Virus record (IMG/VR): IMGVR_UViG_3300038379_000423
Location: 3,429 to 67,428 of that record
Length of the DNA: 64,000 nucleotides
Reading direction: 5' to 3' (one strand)
Source of the DNA: a virus
Lineage: Duplodnaviria; Caudoviricetes
Shown here: positions 1 through 9,983 of the stretch, one piece after another
Position numbering within the stretch: position 1 is the stretch's first letter
How the letters are laid out: each line of letters opens with the position of its first letter
The notes under the pieces: generated by a model
Seen by the model: only the letters and a program-made list of their open reading frames with translations
Told to the model about the DNA's origin: nothing
The model's database searches: none
Translations under genes and position numbers: made by a program

Positions 1-67
1 CAGTAAGTAAAGTGTACACCCTGTGCCGGATCGCAGCATCTCTCAAGCTTGTGTTTAAGTCAGCCAC
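1..67 (-). CDS. 5' end of probable minor head (SPP1 gp7/Mu gpF-like) protein, truncated by window edge
   Basis: Manual translation from GTG at 67 gives MADLNTSLRDAAIRHRVYTLLT, resembling the N..L.D..IRH start of gpF-like proteins; follows the portal gene. Confidence 0.55.
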   Translation of the reverse strand, partial: MADLNTSLRDAAIRHRVYTLLT

Positions 68-257
68 TTAGGGTTACCTTTTAATCATTCCTTCGCGCCT
101 TAAACGCGACTTTGTCCCCATGTAACACAAACGGTGGTGTTCCCCACAGCACGAAGATCCTGAAATCTTCCTACGTTGGCAATACCGCCACTCAGAGAAT
201 CGTGGACACGTGCACCCGAGTACGTACCGACAGCCGATAGGTTTGCGCACGCCCAGA

Positions 258-1709
258 CTAACTACGGGGGGATTCTTCGTCAGGCTCTTCCCCCCTATCA
301 TTGCCTTCCTCGTTGTCTTCATTAGCATCATCCCCTACTCCCTCTCGAAAAGAAAGCCCCACTCCGGAACGTGCTGCATCTTCCGTTAAATCTTCTACGT
401 ACTCTTCGTACGTTTGATTTGTCAGGGCTATCCCTTGCTTCTCCAGTACCTGAAACACTTGCTTGAGGCTAATAACACCCGCTTGATACCCACCGAGAAC
501 TTCTCGGAGTGCCGAAGGATCAACGCGCGACTCGAGAAACTCTTGATTGACCTCCACAAGCACTTGTGACCAATCAAACGAGAAATACGGGGAGATCCAG
601 GCGAGGACCTGCGTCAAGCCCTCGGAGAGCACAGAAGCCAAAAGACTGAGCGCCGAGCCCTCCCACGAAGCCTTTAATCGGACCGTACCGAAAGCTTCCG
701 CGGAGTTCTGCCGGGTCTCCAGCACGCGGGCCCCTAGATCAGCCATCTCCTGTTTATCCGCTTGCATCTCCTTATCTAATTCCTGGAGCCCTTCCCCCGT
801 ATAAGTTAGCATTCCTGCCTGGCTACCAGTCGGAAGATACCAAACTACCGTGGGGCCCAAGGTCCTTGGTACATCAGGATCAGCAGAATCCAGCCCGGTG
901 ACCCATGGAGTAGGCAGTGCAATAAAGTGCAACCCCCAATTCCTATCGGCACTCAACAGGTAGTGGTGATAGTTAATCGCGGCTACGGCCTCGAGCGGTG
1001 GTGCACTAATACCAACTCCTAGGTGATCGTGGTTAATGAATATGAAAGGAATGTAATCAAGAGCGTCCCCGGAGATTGTCGGGGTAACGCTAGATACTTT
1101 AACAAACTTTTGTACGTTTTGGTCCTTACGCCACAACTCTTGCTCATACACCCCCGCCTCGTTAATCTTTAGCACCCGGTACTGAACCCCAGACTTAACC
1201 GCGAAAGGATCCGAATAGTTCAGAGGGTGCTCTTCCTGTAAGACCACCAACTGTAAAGTTTTGTCACTCCTCCAATTAATCACAGTTTCAACCGGGTAAA
1301 CGGCAATGTATGGGGCCTCAGTTACGTTAGAGTAATCGACAAGCAGTCCGACCCTTCCTACAGTTAAGAGCTCCTTAGATAGGAGTAGGCAGAGTGCTTC
1401 GAAGCTCTCGTCCCCCACCGTACAGGACTTTTTTAACCACTCCCGAAATTTCGCATGATTAGGAGCAGTAAGGCGCACTGGGAGGCGGTGTATCATCCCT
1501 TGAAACGCGGAGATAGTCCTGCCGGTGGCTCCATACCACTTCGCGCCGAGCAAATAACGCTCGTACGCCTCGTTATCCATTGAGCCTAGTCTGGGAAGTA
1601 GCGATTCTCTTTGCTTTTTTACAGTGTACTCGCCGGCGGCGGCCTGGCGCATCTTGAACCATCTCACGAGATTTTCTTTAAACTCTTCGTGTGGCGTAGA
1701 AACGGGCAT
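258..1709 (-). CDS. Portal protein (DUF4055-like)
   Basis: 483 aa; N-terminal H....W...R...GE..VK...LP...Y..YL..A.W...T.RT pattern; acidic tail; directly downstream of TerL. Confidence 0.85.
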   Translation of the reverse strand: MPVSTPHEEFKENLVRWFKMRQAAAGEYTVKKQRESLLPRLGSMDNEAYERYLLGAKWYGATGRTISAFQGMIHRLPVRLTAPNHAKFREWLKKSCTVGDESFEALCLLLSKELLTVGRVGLLVDYSNVTEAPYIAVYPVETVINWRSDKTLQLVVLQEEHPLNYSDPFAVKSGVQYRVLKINEAGVYEQELWRKDQNVQKFVKVSSVTPTISGDALDYIPFIFINHDHLGVGISAPPLEAVAAINYHHYLLSADRNWGLHFIALPTPWVTGLDSADPDVPRTLGPTVVWYLPTGSQAGMLTYTGEGLQELDKEMQADKQEMADLGARVLETRQNSAEAFGTVRLKASWEGSALSLLASVLSEGLTQVLAWISPYFSFDWSQVLVEVNQEFLESRVDPSALREVLGGYQAGVISLKQVFQVLEKQGIALTNQTYEEYVEDLTEDAARSGVGLSFREGVGDDANEDNEEGNDRGEEPDEESPRS

Positions 1710-3221
1710 TTAAAAACCTCCACTAGAACCTTGTGCGGCCAAGCCCATGGTACAAAGAACGCGGAATGAATTTGCGAGGGCGTCTACTTGGTCATCAAAC
1801 TGCGACGCCGGAAATGTCTCAAGTTCATAAAAGAAAGCTTCATTCCACGGGGCGCGCAGGACCGAGAAGTTCCCGGCTTCCCACTGCCCCGATACAGGAT
1901 CGGCCCGCAGCACCTTATCGCCGCTTTCAGTCTGGACAACTACCCTACGGGCGAGTGGTGCCAGCTCTCTCGCGTAGTGCTTCGCTCTGAATTTACCGGC
2001 GTCACCAGGATCCTGTGGGATCCCAATAATTACGGACGGCCCATCCTGCATAGCAACGTTCTTGATATTTTGTAGGACCTTCAGGGAATCGATCCTGAAC
2101 CTACACACGTCCGCCACAAGCCACGTACGATCCGGCAACAGCAACGTCTTTACACCAGCCGACCAGTCCGATTTATCGCTCTCCCCACCAGCCAAATCCC
2201 ACCACCGCACTGCCCGGATAAACTTGGGTGGGAGATTGTCCACCATTTTCGCGGCTTCCCGCCTGAACATCCCACCACCCCTGGGAGCCGGGGACTGTTG
2301 CAACTGGCAGGCCGTTCCATAGGGGCCAAGTGTATTCTCGAGGGCTTTTACCACAGACTCTGGGAATCTCTGTGGAAATGCTAACTCCCCGGAAGTAGTC
2401 CTGGGGTCCTGGCGGTATAGCGCTTGCTGTGGGCCTTTGTACCAACTAGGCCGGACTTGCGTGTAGCAGATCCGAGTAGGCTCGAACCGCATCGGGATGC
2501 ACAGATGTACGATATCGGGCTCATTCGCCAATGTATCCCCGGCATAGTCTTTTTCGTGCACGCGCTGCATAATCGTGACTCTTGCGTCAGTCGCCGGATT
2601 TACGATACGGGATGGAAGAACTTCGCGCCGGAAGAATAACACCTCCTCCCGCTGTACATCAGACAAGGCCCTTTTAACGTGATGCGGGTCGTCCACAATT
2701 AGCCGATTTGCTCTCTCACCCGTACCCAACCCGCCGATAGTAGTCGCTTGACGGAACCCTTTCTCAGTGGTCTCATATCTATTCTTCGCGGCCTGATCCG
2801 GGGAGATTCGGACTGTCTTGCCCCATCGAGCCCGGTACCAATCGCTCGTAATCAACAAACGACATCTTCGATTATCCCGAAGGGACAATCCGGCATGGTA
2901 CGAGAACAGGAGATACTTCAACCACGGCATTTCTTTGGGGCCCCATTCCCAAGCGGTCCACAATACTGCCGTAGTCAACGATTTCATAAATCCAGGGGGG
3001 ACCGTAATCAGAAGATCCCGGATCTGATTAGCAGTGACCGCCTCTAAATGCTCGACTATGGCGCCTAGAGCCCAACCCCAGACCAACGGCTGGGAAGACG
3101 ATTCTATGTGCGGCCAAGCATCATGAATAAAGAACTTGAATTTACGAGAGGCCCTCTCCCGCTCGATCTCTATCCTATCAAGCAGGTAATCGACGGATCC
3201 GTCCTTAGTCTTGATAGGCAT
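1710..3221 (-). CDS. terL: Terminase large subunit
   Basis: VPPGFMKS Walker A, TGERANRLIVDDPH Walker B, RWWDLAGG nuclease motif, C-terminal DDQVDALA. Confidence 0.95.
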   Translation of the reverse strand: MPIKTKDGSVDYLLDRIEIERERASRKFKFFIHDAWPHIESSSQPLVWGWALGAIVEHLEAVTANQIRDLLITVPPGFMKSLTTAVLWTAWEWGPKEMPWLKYLLFSYHAGLSLRDNRRCRLLITSDWYRARWGKTVRISPDQAAKNRYETTEKGFRQATTIGGLGTGERANRLIVDDPHHVKRALSDVQREEVLFFRREVLPSRIVNPATDARVTIMQRVHEKDYAGDTLANEPDIVHLCIPMRFEPTRICYTQVRPSWYKGPQQALYRQDPRTTSGELAFPQRFPESVVKALENTLGPYGTACQLQQSPAPRGGGMFRREAAKMVDNLPPKFIRAVRWWDLAGGESDKSDWSAGVKTLLLPDRTWLVADVCRFRIDSLKVLQNIKNVAMQDGPSVIIGIPQDPGDAGKFRAKHYARELAPLARRVVVQTESGDKVLRADPVSGQWEAGNFSVLRAPWNEAFFYELETFPASQFDDQVDALANSFRVLCTMGLAAQGSSGGF

Positions 3222-3223
3222 GC

Positions 3224-3547
3224 TCAGGATTTTGGCATTACTTTTAGTGCGGCGTCTTTTGCAGCACTCTTAAGCGGGGCCGCTGGCCGAAACCTAATCT
3301 TGGTCCCCTCCGGAATGAGAACATCCTCCATGGTCTTTGGGTTTCGGGCCCACCTCGAACCATGAGTAACAGCTAAAAACGAGCCTAGATTTCTAATTAT
3401 GACGCCTCTTCCCTCCACGACCTCGTGGAGGATTATCCTCACAACAATATCGACAGCGAGATTATAAGTATCACAAAGCGGCTTCGGGTACCTCTCCTCG
3501 ATTAATTGCCGCAGGGTCTTTTTCGGAGTACGTGCCCTCTTAGCCAT
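3224..3547 (-). CDS. HU/IHF-family DNA-bending protein
   Basis: V.IRNLGSF...SRWARNPKT...V.IP...RFRPAAPLK signature. Confidence 0.85.
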   Translation of the reverse strand: MAKRARTPKKTLRQLIEERYPKPLCDTYNLAVDIVVRIILHEVVEGRGVIIRNLGSFLAVTHGSRWARNPKTMEDVLIPEGTKIRFRPAAPLKSAAKDAALKVMPKS

Positions 3548-3556
3548 TAAGTCCTC

Positions 3557-4030
3557 TCAAGATTTAGACTTCTTCGCCAACTCGTGTAAAGACTCTAGAT
3601 CGTCGTCAGACAGGGCCGTCAAAGCGGCCCGCAACTCCGCCTTATTCTGCTCGGCGGCCGTGCCCGCCGCTATGCGCTCTTCCCAGCCAGGCTGGCGGCG
3701 CAACCAGAAGTGAACGTGGGACTTATCCCCCTCCAGCACTCCCTGCACTACCGAATCGATAGCCACATCCGTGACAGCCCGCCTCGATTTTACAAGTACT
3801 CCCTGCAGTACCGGGTATCTGCGGATGTAGTTGTGCACTACCGTGTGCGACACCTTTTTATTCAGCGTCTCAGTCAGCAACTCCGCCGCCCGGGCTACTA
3901 CACCACCAGAACGGCGGAGTGCCACTTCGACGAGCTGAACCGGCACCTTTTCTCTTCGCGACTGGATAACCCCGACCGTCTTAAGCAGTTTGTTAGCCGG
4001 GGATCCCCTACTTCTTCGTACCGTCGCCAA
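3557..4030 (-). CDS. terS: Probable terminase small subunit
   Basis: N-terminal HTH (ALRRSGGVVARAAELL), helical D.A...L...V..GD....FWL segment typical of TerS; upstream of TerL. Confidence 0.65.
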   Translation of the reverse strand: MATVRRSRGSPANKLLKTVGVIQSRREKVPVQLVEVALRRSGGVVARAAELLTETLNKKVSHTVVHNYIRRYPVLQGVLVKSRRAVTDVAIDSVVQGVLEGDKSHVHFWLRRQPGWEERIAAGTAAEQNKAELRAALTALSDDDLESLHELAKKSKS

Positions 4031-4035
4031 GATAC

Positions 4036-4215
4036 TTACCGCCGAGCACGGAGTTTCGGGCCACGGCGCTGCGAGGAGTGCTTACGCGCCAGAAAGCCCC
4101 TGAGTGCGGCACCCGTGCGCGGGCAACCGGCCCTCATCCACTGGTGGTTCTGCCAGCCGGTCATTTTCGCAACGAAAGCGGCTGCTTCTTGGGGGCTAAG
4201 TTCGACAGTTTTCAT
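4036..4215 (-). CDS. Hypothetical basic protein (59 aa)
   Basis: AGGAG RBS before ATG at 4215; the longer ORF-track start (4278) falls inside a promoter. Confidence 0.55.
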   Translation of the reverse strand: MKTVELSPQEAAAFVAKMTGWQNHQWMRAGCPRTGAALRGFLARKHSSQRRGPKLRARR

Positions 4216-4246
4216 TTTTTCTCTCCTGTATCCTGTTAGAGCTTCT

Positions 4247-4275
4247 ATATTATATCGGACGAGCTCGTATGTCAA
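4247..4275 (-). promoter_or_regulatory. sigma70-like promoter for the packaging genes, with 10-bp palindrome in the spacer
   Basis: TTGACA-N17-TAATAT on minus strand; perfect palindrome ACGAGCTCGT at 4259-4268. Confidence 0.7.
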
Positions 4276-4312
4276 CACCTAACTGCCCAGTTCGTACGCG
4301 TGTTCCGCTGTA

Positions 4313-6088
4313 TCAGGTGAGGATCGAATGGCCCTGTTGGTCCTTAACAACTCTAACGAATCTATCGAACCCGGCGAAACTTGCTGGATTATGGTCACTA
4401 ATAAAAATGGTTTTATTCTCAGCCAGAGCCCTTTCCCGCAATACTTCCATTAACTTTTCTACTCCTCCGGGGTTAAGTGAATCTGAAGGCTCGTCCCAAA
4501 CCTCTGTAGACCAACTCGAACCACGACTTGACAGCAATTCAACCAAGCCAAGGGCGCAGGCCAGCTGGTATCTTTTCTTTTCACCTCCGGATAGTTCTTC
4601 TATAGAGCGTACAGTGCCATCTTCGAATAGTACACTAACTACTATACGTGGTCCTGATTTCTTCTCTTCGAAGACCATCTCTAGTCGGCCATCGAGAACC
4701 CCAAACATTGCCAATTGAGCGTTTGCATGGGACTGCAACATTTTTACCACAACACGCAGGGCGTGAACCCGCACGTGCTTAAATCCGCGCACCCATTCGT
4801 GATAACGGGAGTGTTCCCGGGAGATTGATCTTTCCCGCAGTTCAACTGAAATGCGGTCCTCCGCAGTAAAGGCCCAGGATTTCTTTGCCTCTGCCAGCTC
4901 GTCCCGAAGCTTCTGGCATAAGGCCACCCGCTCTTCCTGCCACCTCTTCAAGATAGCGGCTTCCTCACGAAATCTCTCGATAAGGGTTTCGCACCGCACT
5001 CGTTTAGTATCGAGTTCCCTTATCTTACGTACGAGTTCCATAATTTCCGAGTCTAAAGCCTCGAGGGCCTTACCCCCTGTTTGAATCGCCTTCAGGGCAG
5101 TAAGCTCGGCCCTCTGGTTAACACTTTGTAATCTCCTGAGTTCCTCTAACTTATCATCACGGATCCTAGTGATCGACTGTCCACAGGTCGGACACTTGTC
5201 GTTATACCATAAATTAAAGGACTCTTTGAGGATTTTTAATTCTCTCCGACTAGAGGCTAGATCTAGAGAACTGTCCATTAAACCAGCTTCTTCCTCCAGT
5301 CGCCTCTTGTCAAGAATGCTTTTGCGGCCTTCTAACTCCGACAACATCTTGATACAAAGCTTATGGACTTTCCTCGCCTTCAAACAGCGGGCAACGAAAT
5401 CCTTGTCTTCAGGGACCTCGTCCCGCCTTTGCTTAGACTCCCGATAACGAGTTCTGGCATCTAGATACGAGTTCTTAGCGGCAGCCTCTTTAGCCTTTAG
5501 GCCCCCGATTCGGATCAGTAAGTCCGTACGGACATTAGAAAGCTCTGCAGCCTTATTCCTGGCCGTTTCGGACAACCCCAACCAAAAGTCTAAATCAAGG
5601 AGTTCTGATAACAAAGAAACCCTCTCGGACATCGGCATCTCCAGGAAGGTTGTAGTCCTCCGCAGGTTAAAACTTACGGAGGCGTGAAACACCCGGAAGC
5701 TGGTACCAAGAAGCTTATCAACCTCGGTTTGCGTGACCGCCCGCACCACCCCATTAATTGCCAAACCAAGAGCTGTGGGGTTTCTCCCTCGCATTAGCCG
5801 GTAATCTACACCATCGATTACGAAATTAACCACAACTTCTGTGCTGGACTTTTCTTCTCCTGCCGGAGCCACAGCCGTATTCTTGAGCCCAGAGCCGGTC
5901 TTTCCAAACAGCCCCCACGAAAGAGCGTCCCAGATGGTACTTTTCCCCGCACCATTCGAACCTAGGGCCGGATGCTGGTTATTCTCTCCGGTTACGGCGC
6001 ACAGGTGGCCGCTCGTTAGGTCTAACTCATGAGACCCATAGTACGACCGGAAGTTGGTGATCTTAAGTATTCTTAATTCGATACGCAT
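4313..6088 (-). CDS. sbcC: SbcC/Rad50 (T4 gp46-like) ABC-ATPase
   Basis: GSNGAGKST Walker A, coiled coils, CPTCGQ zinc hook, LSGGE signature, WDEP Walker B. Confidence 0.93.
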   Translation of the reverse strand: MRIELRILKITNFRSYYGSHELDLTSGHLCAVTGENNQHPALGSNGAGKSTIWDALSWGLFGKTGSGLKNTAVAPAGEEKSSTEVVVNFVIDGVDYRLMRGRNPTALGLAINGVVRAVTQTEVDKLLGTSFRVFHASVSFNLRRTTTFLEMPMSERVSLLSELLDLDFWLGLSETARNKAAELSNVRTDLLIRIGGLKAKEAAAKNSYLDARTRYRESKQRRDEVPEDKDFVARCLKARKVHKLCIKMLSELEGRKSILDKRRLEEEAGLMDSSLDLASSRRELKILKESFNLWYNDKCPTCGQSITRIRDDKLEELRRLQSVNQRAELTALKAIQTGGKALEALDSEIMELVRKIRELDTKRVRCETLIERFREEAAILKRWQEERVALCQKLRDELAEAKKSWAFTAEDRISVELRERSISREHSRYHEWVRGFKHVRVHALRVVVKMLQSHANAQLAMFGVLDGRLEMVFEEKKSGPRIVVSVLFEDGTVRSIEELSGGEKKRYQLACALGLVELLSSRGSSWSTEVWDEPSDSLNPGGVEKLMEVLRERALAENKTIFISDHNPASFAGFDRFVRVVKDQQGHSILT

Positions 6089-7133
6089 CGAACAACTCCA
6101 AACCGACTCTGCGCATAGGAGGTTTGTAACCGCGCGACTCGCAGTAATCCTCTAAGAATTGCCGGCGACTTAAGGTCCCGCCTTCGGCACTCTTTTTTTC
6201 GAGAGGCTTCAATATCGGCAGTCCGGTGCCAATACCAAAGTAATTCCACTCCCGTCGTTTAGCATAGTCGGCTAAACAGTTTTGTACGAAGCCCCACTCT
6301 TCTAGTACTTCAGGAGTCATCTCGATCCAGAATTTCACGTGATTTCCAGCGCTGATTTCTGCTGTGCGCGTCCCACACGCAGCCTTAGACGCCAAGTAAA
6401 GCTTCCCCTTTAAAAATCTCGCAGTAATCGTGTGCTTTTTTGGTGCCGGAAAGCGTAAAACACGGAGCCTTTTAGCCGACTCGCCCATCAGCAAAACCGT
6501 CGGGTCGTAACTATCCCCGAAACGAGTATGATACGGGGCACCTACGTAGCGCACGCTCTTCAAAGTCTGGGGCTTGTGAATATCGCCCGAAAAGACTGGT
6601 ACCTGTGCCCTCAACAATTTCTTCTCTAAGGGTGTCACCACCTTATTACAATACGCACCAGACTCGTACTGGACACCACCGAAGGTGTGGTGCATAAATA
6701 CACACTCTATCGGCCGGGACAGCCTTGCCAGGATCTCCCTCCTTCTGGAGCCGAGACCCTCCCGTAGATGCGGGATACAAAGAATCCGGCGGCCGGCAAG
6801 TTGAACTATTCTCGGCTCCAAAACGAATTTGATTCGCGGAGACAAAGATAGGAACTTGAAGAACGGAGGATCTGACTGGACGTAATCGTGGTTACCCCGC
6901 AGGATAACCACCTCTGCCACCTGTAAGATTTTCTCAATTCCTGAAACTACCTGGTTTACCAGACTAGCGGGGTGCCTATCGAATGCTGTCGTCAAATCCC
7001 CCAAGATGGCCACGTCAGCCGAATACTTCTGAGCGGACTCGGCTAACCACCCCAGTAGATCCAGTCTGTAACTATCTAGAGGATTAGCGGTAAAATGTGT
7101 GTCAGACGTCACTATTAGATTTTTCATCGCCAC
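6063..7133 (-). CDS. sbcD: SbcD/Mre11 (gp47-like) metallophosphoesterase nuclease
   Basis: SDTHF, ILGDL, GNHD, MHH, SGDIHKPQ motifs; YVGAPY; adjacent to SbcC. Confidence 0.92.
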   Translation of the reverse strand: MAMKNLIVTSDTHFTANPLDSYRLDLLGWLAESAQKYSADVAILGDLTTAFDRHPASLVNQVVSGIEKILQVAEVVILRGNHDYVQSDPPFFKFLSLSPRIKFVLEPRIVQLAGRRILCIPHLREGLGSRRREILARLSRPIECVFMHHTFGGVQYESGAYCNKVVTPLEKKLLRAQVPVFSGDIHKPQTLKSVRYVGAPYHTRFGDSYDPTVLLMGESAKRLRVLRFPAPKKHTITARFLKGKLYLASKAACGTRTAEISAGNHVKFWIEMTPEVLEEWGFVQNCLADYAKRREWNYFGIGTGLPILKPLEKKSAEGGTLSRRQFLEDYCESRGYKPPMRRVGLELFDAYRIKNT

Positions 7134-7659
7134 ACTTCCCAGCCCAATAAGAATGGGATTCCCGCAGCACGGCCTCGAACTGAAATAAGAAAAAATTCAA
7201 GTCAGGCACAATCACCGCTTCCCGTTTAGACATACGATGCACACCAAACTTTTTCACTCCGGAAGCGTCGGTCACCAATACTTCCGGGTATCTATTCTGC
7301 TTAGCAACGACTACCGGAACCCGCGAATACTGCAGCGACTTCTCCTGGGTGTCTTTCCACACCTTGTACAGAAACCCCTTTCGAGCCAAGAGCAAGCTTT
7401 CTAATTGTAGATCCTTTACCGACTTTATCTCTACATAGAAAGTCTCGATGAATAGACTAGCCTTCTCATTGACGGCCATGAGGTCCCCGGCTGCCCCTTT
7501 CTTGGTATAGTCTCCAGATTTGGAGGAGGTGGTGGCCAGCGCCCCCGAAGCGATGGACCTCCATAACCAGGGTTCCCCCTTCGCAGCCCCCAACCATTCA
7601 GAAAACCTATAGGCGATCCGACGCTCGGCCGATAGCCCCTTACTCCGCCCCTTTACCAT
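7102..7659 (-). CDS. Holliday junction resolvase-like PD-(D/E)xK nuclease
   Basis: KG..AER.IA..FSEW, SGA, GDL, VEIK pattern; start moved to ATG 7659 (GGAG RBS). Confidence 0.75.
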   Translation of the reverse strand: MVKGRSKGLSAERRIAYRFSEWLGAAKGEPWLWRSIASGALATTSSKSGDYTKKGAAGDLMAVNEKASLFIETFYVEIKSVKDLQLESLLLARKGFLYKVWKDTQEKSLQYSRVPVVVAKQNRYPEVLVTDASGVKKFGVHRMSKREAVIVPDLNFFLFQFEAVLRESHSYWAGKCGDEKSNSDV

Positions 7660-8662
7660 CGGCCGGCTCCCCGTACTTACGGCGACTCGGAGCAAATGAA
7701 GTCTCAAGCTCATCCCAAGCCTTTTTGACTCGCTGCGCCAGAGACCTCCTGACAGACCCAAATTTTTCTTGTGGCACTTTATTCAGGGCCTTGACGTATG
7801 CCGAGATCTGGCGACCGCCTAAGGTCTCCTTGGTTATCTTCCCGACTGACTCCAGGAACTCTAGACTAGCCGTTACATCATCCATTCCGTACGCAAAAAT
7901 GATATTCAACTCACAGGTGCGAAACGGAACCCCGACCTTATTCTTATCTGCGCGGATTTTCACTCTTATCCCGATCTCGCGCTTAACCTTAGCCCGTTCC
8001 TTCGTCACCGCCTTCAACTGGCTTATATACAGAATCTGGGAGGAAAAGAAGTCTATAGCCTTTCCGCCGACCCGGATATTACTCCTCCCCCAGCTCATGG
8101 CATTCATATTTTGCCGGGACTGTGACACCAAGAACAGGCAGGTATTTGTCACTTCCAACTTCCGGCGAATGCGGCGGAATAACCCACCTAGCAACTTTGC
8201 TTTATCTCCGTAGGATCCTTTATCAATTGGCCGCTCCACCTCCGATCTCGTGGAAAGAGCATCCAGGGAATCAATGATGTACAGGCCAGGCCCTTCGTAG
8301 TCCAGGACTTTTGTGAGATGCTCGAAGGCGTCTTCGATAGTATCACAAAAGTCCACGAATTCGATTTTCTCAAGGGGTATTCCTAACCGGCGGGCATAAT
8401 TGTCGTCAAACGCAGATTCGGTCTCATTGTACCAAACCGCGCCGTTAGGATACGTCTGCATGAAGTTAGCAATAGCCTCACATGCCAGCAGAGTCTTCCC
8501 AGTACTCTTATCCCCAAAGACGTTTACTATCCGGCCTAGCGGATATCCTCCGCCAAGCACGCAGTCCAATACGGCGCACCCCGAGGGGATAAATTGGAGG
8601 GGCCTGTTTCCAGAGCCCCCCCAATTTTTGCGTCGTTGGGTTTTACTCACAGCGACGCTCAC
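7640..8662 (-). CDS. recA: RecA/UvsX recombinase
   Basis: SG...LD..LGGGYP.GRIV, GDKSTGKT Walker A, IIDSLDAL, GGKAIDFFSS, KNKV..PFR. Confidence 0.95.
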   Translation of the reverse strand: MSVAVSKTQRRKNWGGSGNRPLQFIPSGCAVLDCVLGGGYPLGRIVNVFGDKSTGKTLLACEAIANFMQTYPNGAVWYNETESAFDDNYARRLGIPLEKIEFVDFCDTIEDAFEHLTKVLDYEGPGLYIIDSLDALSTRSEVERPIDKGSYGDKAKLLGGLFRRIRRKLEVTNTCLFLVSQSRQNMNAMSWGRSNIRVGGKAIDFFSSQILYISQLKAVTKERAKVKREIGIRVKIRADKNKVGVPFRTCELNIIFAYGMDDVTASLEFLESVGKITKETLGGRQISAYVKALNKVPQEKFGSVRRSLAQRVKKAWDELETSFAPSRRKYGEPADGKGAE

Positions 8663-8670
8663 TCGAGCGA

Positions 8671-9963
8671 CTACCGGCGGCTACGACGCGCGCGGGTCTT
8701 CTTCGCAGGAGCGGTGGCCGGCTTTTCTTTGACCGCCCGAGCGCTCACTTTTGACTTTGCCCGAGCAACCACTTCCTCTTCGTCATCCTCGTCTTCATCA
8801 TCCTCCCCGTCTTCGTCGTCCTCGTCCTCATCGTCATCATCATCCTCATCGTCATCATCCTCGACGACGGCGCGGCGGGACTTCTTCGCGGGAGCCGCCG
8901 GCTTGGCTGCGCTCCGACGGGACTTCTTGGCGGGGACTACTTCCTCTTCGTCATCCTCGTCTTCATCATCCTCCCCGTCTTCGTCGTCCTCGTCCTCATC
9001 GTCATCATCATCCTCATCGTCATCATCGTCATCATCCTCGACGACGGCGCGGCGGGACTTCTTCGCGGGAGCCGCCGGCTTGGCTGCGCTCCGACGGGAC
9101 TTCTTGGCGGGGACTACTTCCTCTTCGTCATCCTCGTCTTCATCGAGGAGATCATCCAGCTCTTCCTCGTCGACCTCCATTTCCTCTTCGACGACCTTGG
9201 AAGCCTTAGTTTTTCCACGAACCACCACAGACTTGTCTCCTTTTTCTGCCACCGGAGCCACTGAAAAAACAGAAGCTACGTGATCATAATCATGGAACTT
9301 CAGTATGCTGGGAATCGGATGTTCCGAGAGGAAGCCCAGTAGTTTCTCTAACCTGGCTTCATCCTCGAAGATTGGGCTCCTTTCCCTTGATACGTCAATG
9401 CCTACGTACTTCGTCTTTTTCCCTTCACCCTCCTTTCTAAACTCTACATCATAGCCTTCGTAAGGATTGTCAATCAGGAGCACCCGGCTGGTCCTTTTGC
9501 GGGTGCACCTTGCCACCACATCGCGGTCCACACCCCAGGGCATAAGCCAGAGTTTCGGACCGGCCTTCTCATCATCCCGGTCTATCAGCCATACGGCTAC
9601 TCGCATCGAAGGGCGAAGGGATCGGCTCTCCTCCTCATCGGCGGTATCAGCGCGGGCTTCACAAATCGGACACGCTGTACCCTTGTGCTTGGCAAGACAC
9701 AGGTAGGTGGTCCTGTCCGGACCGATCCCGTAATGCACAAAGGTATCGAACCCATAATGTGATGGATTTTGCCAAGTCGGTGGCAGAATTCGGATACAGT
9801 TATCCCCAACCTTGGGTGAGAATAGAGCCACCTCATCCGCAACGTAGCGGTCCAACCCACTGCTCGACATATTAGCCCGTTTTTGCAGTTGCTCCTCCGA
9901 GCGAGCCTTATACACGAACCTTTTTGGCGCTCCACCACCAACTCTCTTCTTCAACGTTACCAT
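8671..9963 (-). CDS. T4 gp32-like single-stranded DNA-binding protein with long charged disordered tail
   Basis: IRILPP...VHY...YLCL...CPICE zinc motif; C-terminal alternating D/E tracts and K/R-rich blocks. Confidence 0.75.
   Translation of the reverse strand: MVTLKKRVGGGAPKRFVYKARSEEQLQKRANMSSSGLDRYVADEVALFSPKVGDNCIRILPPTWQNPSHYGFDTFVHYGIGPDRTTYLCLAKHKGTACPICEARADTADEEESRSLRPSMRVAVWLIDRDDEKAGPKLWLMPWGVDRDVVARCTRKRTSRVLLIDNPYEGYDVEFRKEGEGKKTKYVGIDVSRERSPIFEDEARLEKLLGFLSEHPIPSILKFHDYDHVASVFSVAPVAEKGDKSVVVRGKTKASKVVEEEMEVDEEELDDLLDEDEDDEEEVVPAKKSRRSAAKPAAPAKKSRRAVVEDDDDDDDEDDDDDEDEDDEDGEDDEDEDDEEEVVPAKKSRRSAAKPAAPAKKSRRAVVEDDDDEDDDDDEDEDDEDGEDDEDEDDEEEVVARAKSKVSARAVKEKPATAPAKKTRARRSRR
8771..9144. 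repeat. Near-identical coding tandem repeat, about 2.2 copies of 168-177 bp
   Basis: Units start at 8771, 8939 and 9116 (ACTTCCTCTTCGTCATCC...); the first two differ by a 9-bp indel. Confidence 0.95.
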
Positions 9964-9983
9964 CGCCTTACATCCTTCTTAGT

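Noticed and set aside
74-331. 85-aa minus-strand ORF
   Set aside because: Overlaps the portal 3' end out of frame and has no recognisable content.
4216-4278. N-terminal extension of the ORF at 4036-4278
   Set aside because: The GTG TTG ACA start coincides with a consensus -35 box; a good RBS lies before ATG 4215.
8594-9283. Plus-strand poly-Ser and His/Pro-rich ORFs
   Set aside because: Antisense shadows of the Asp/Glu codon tracts of the SSB gene.
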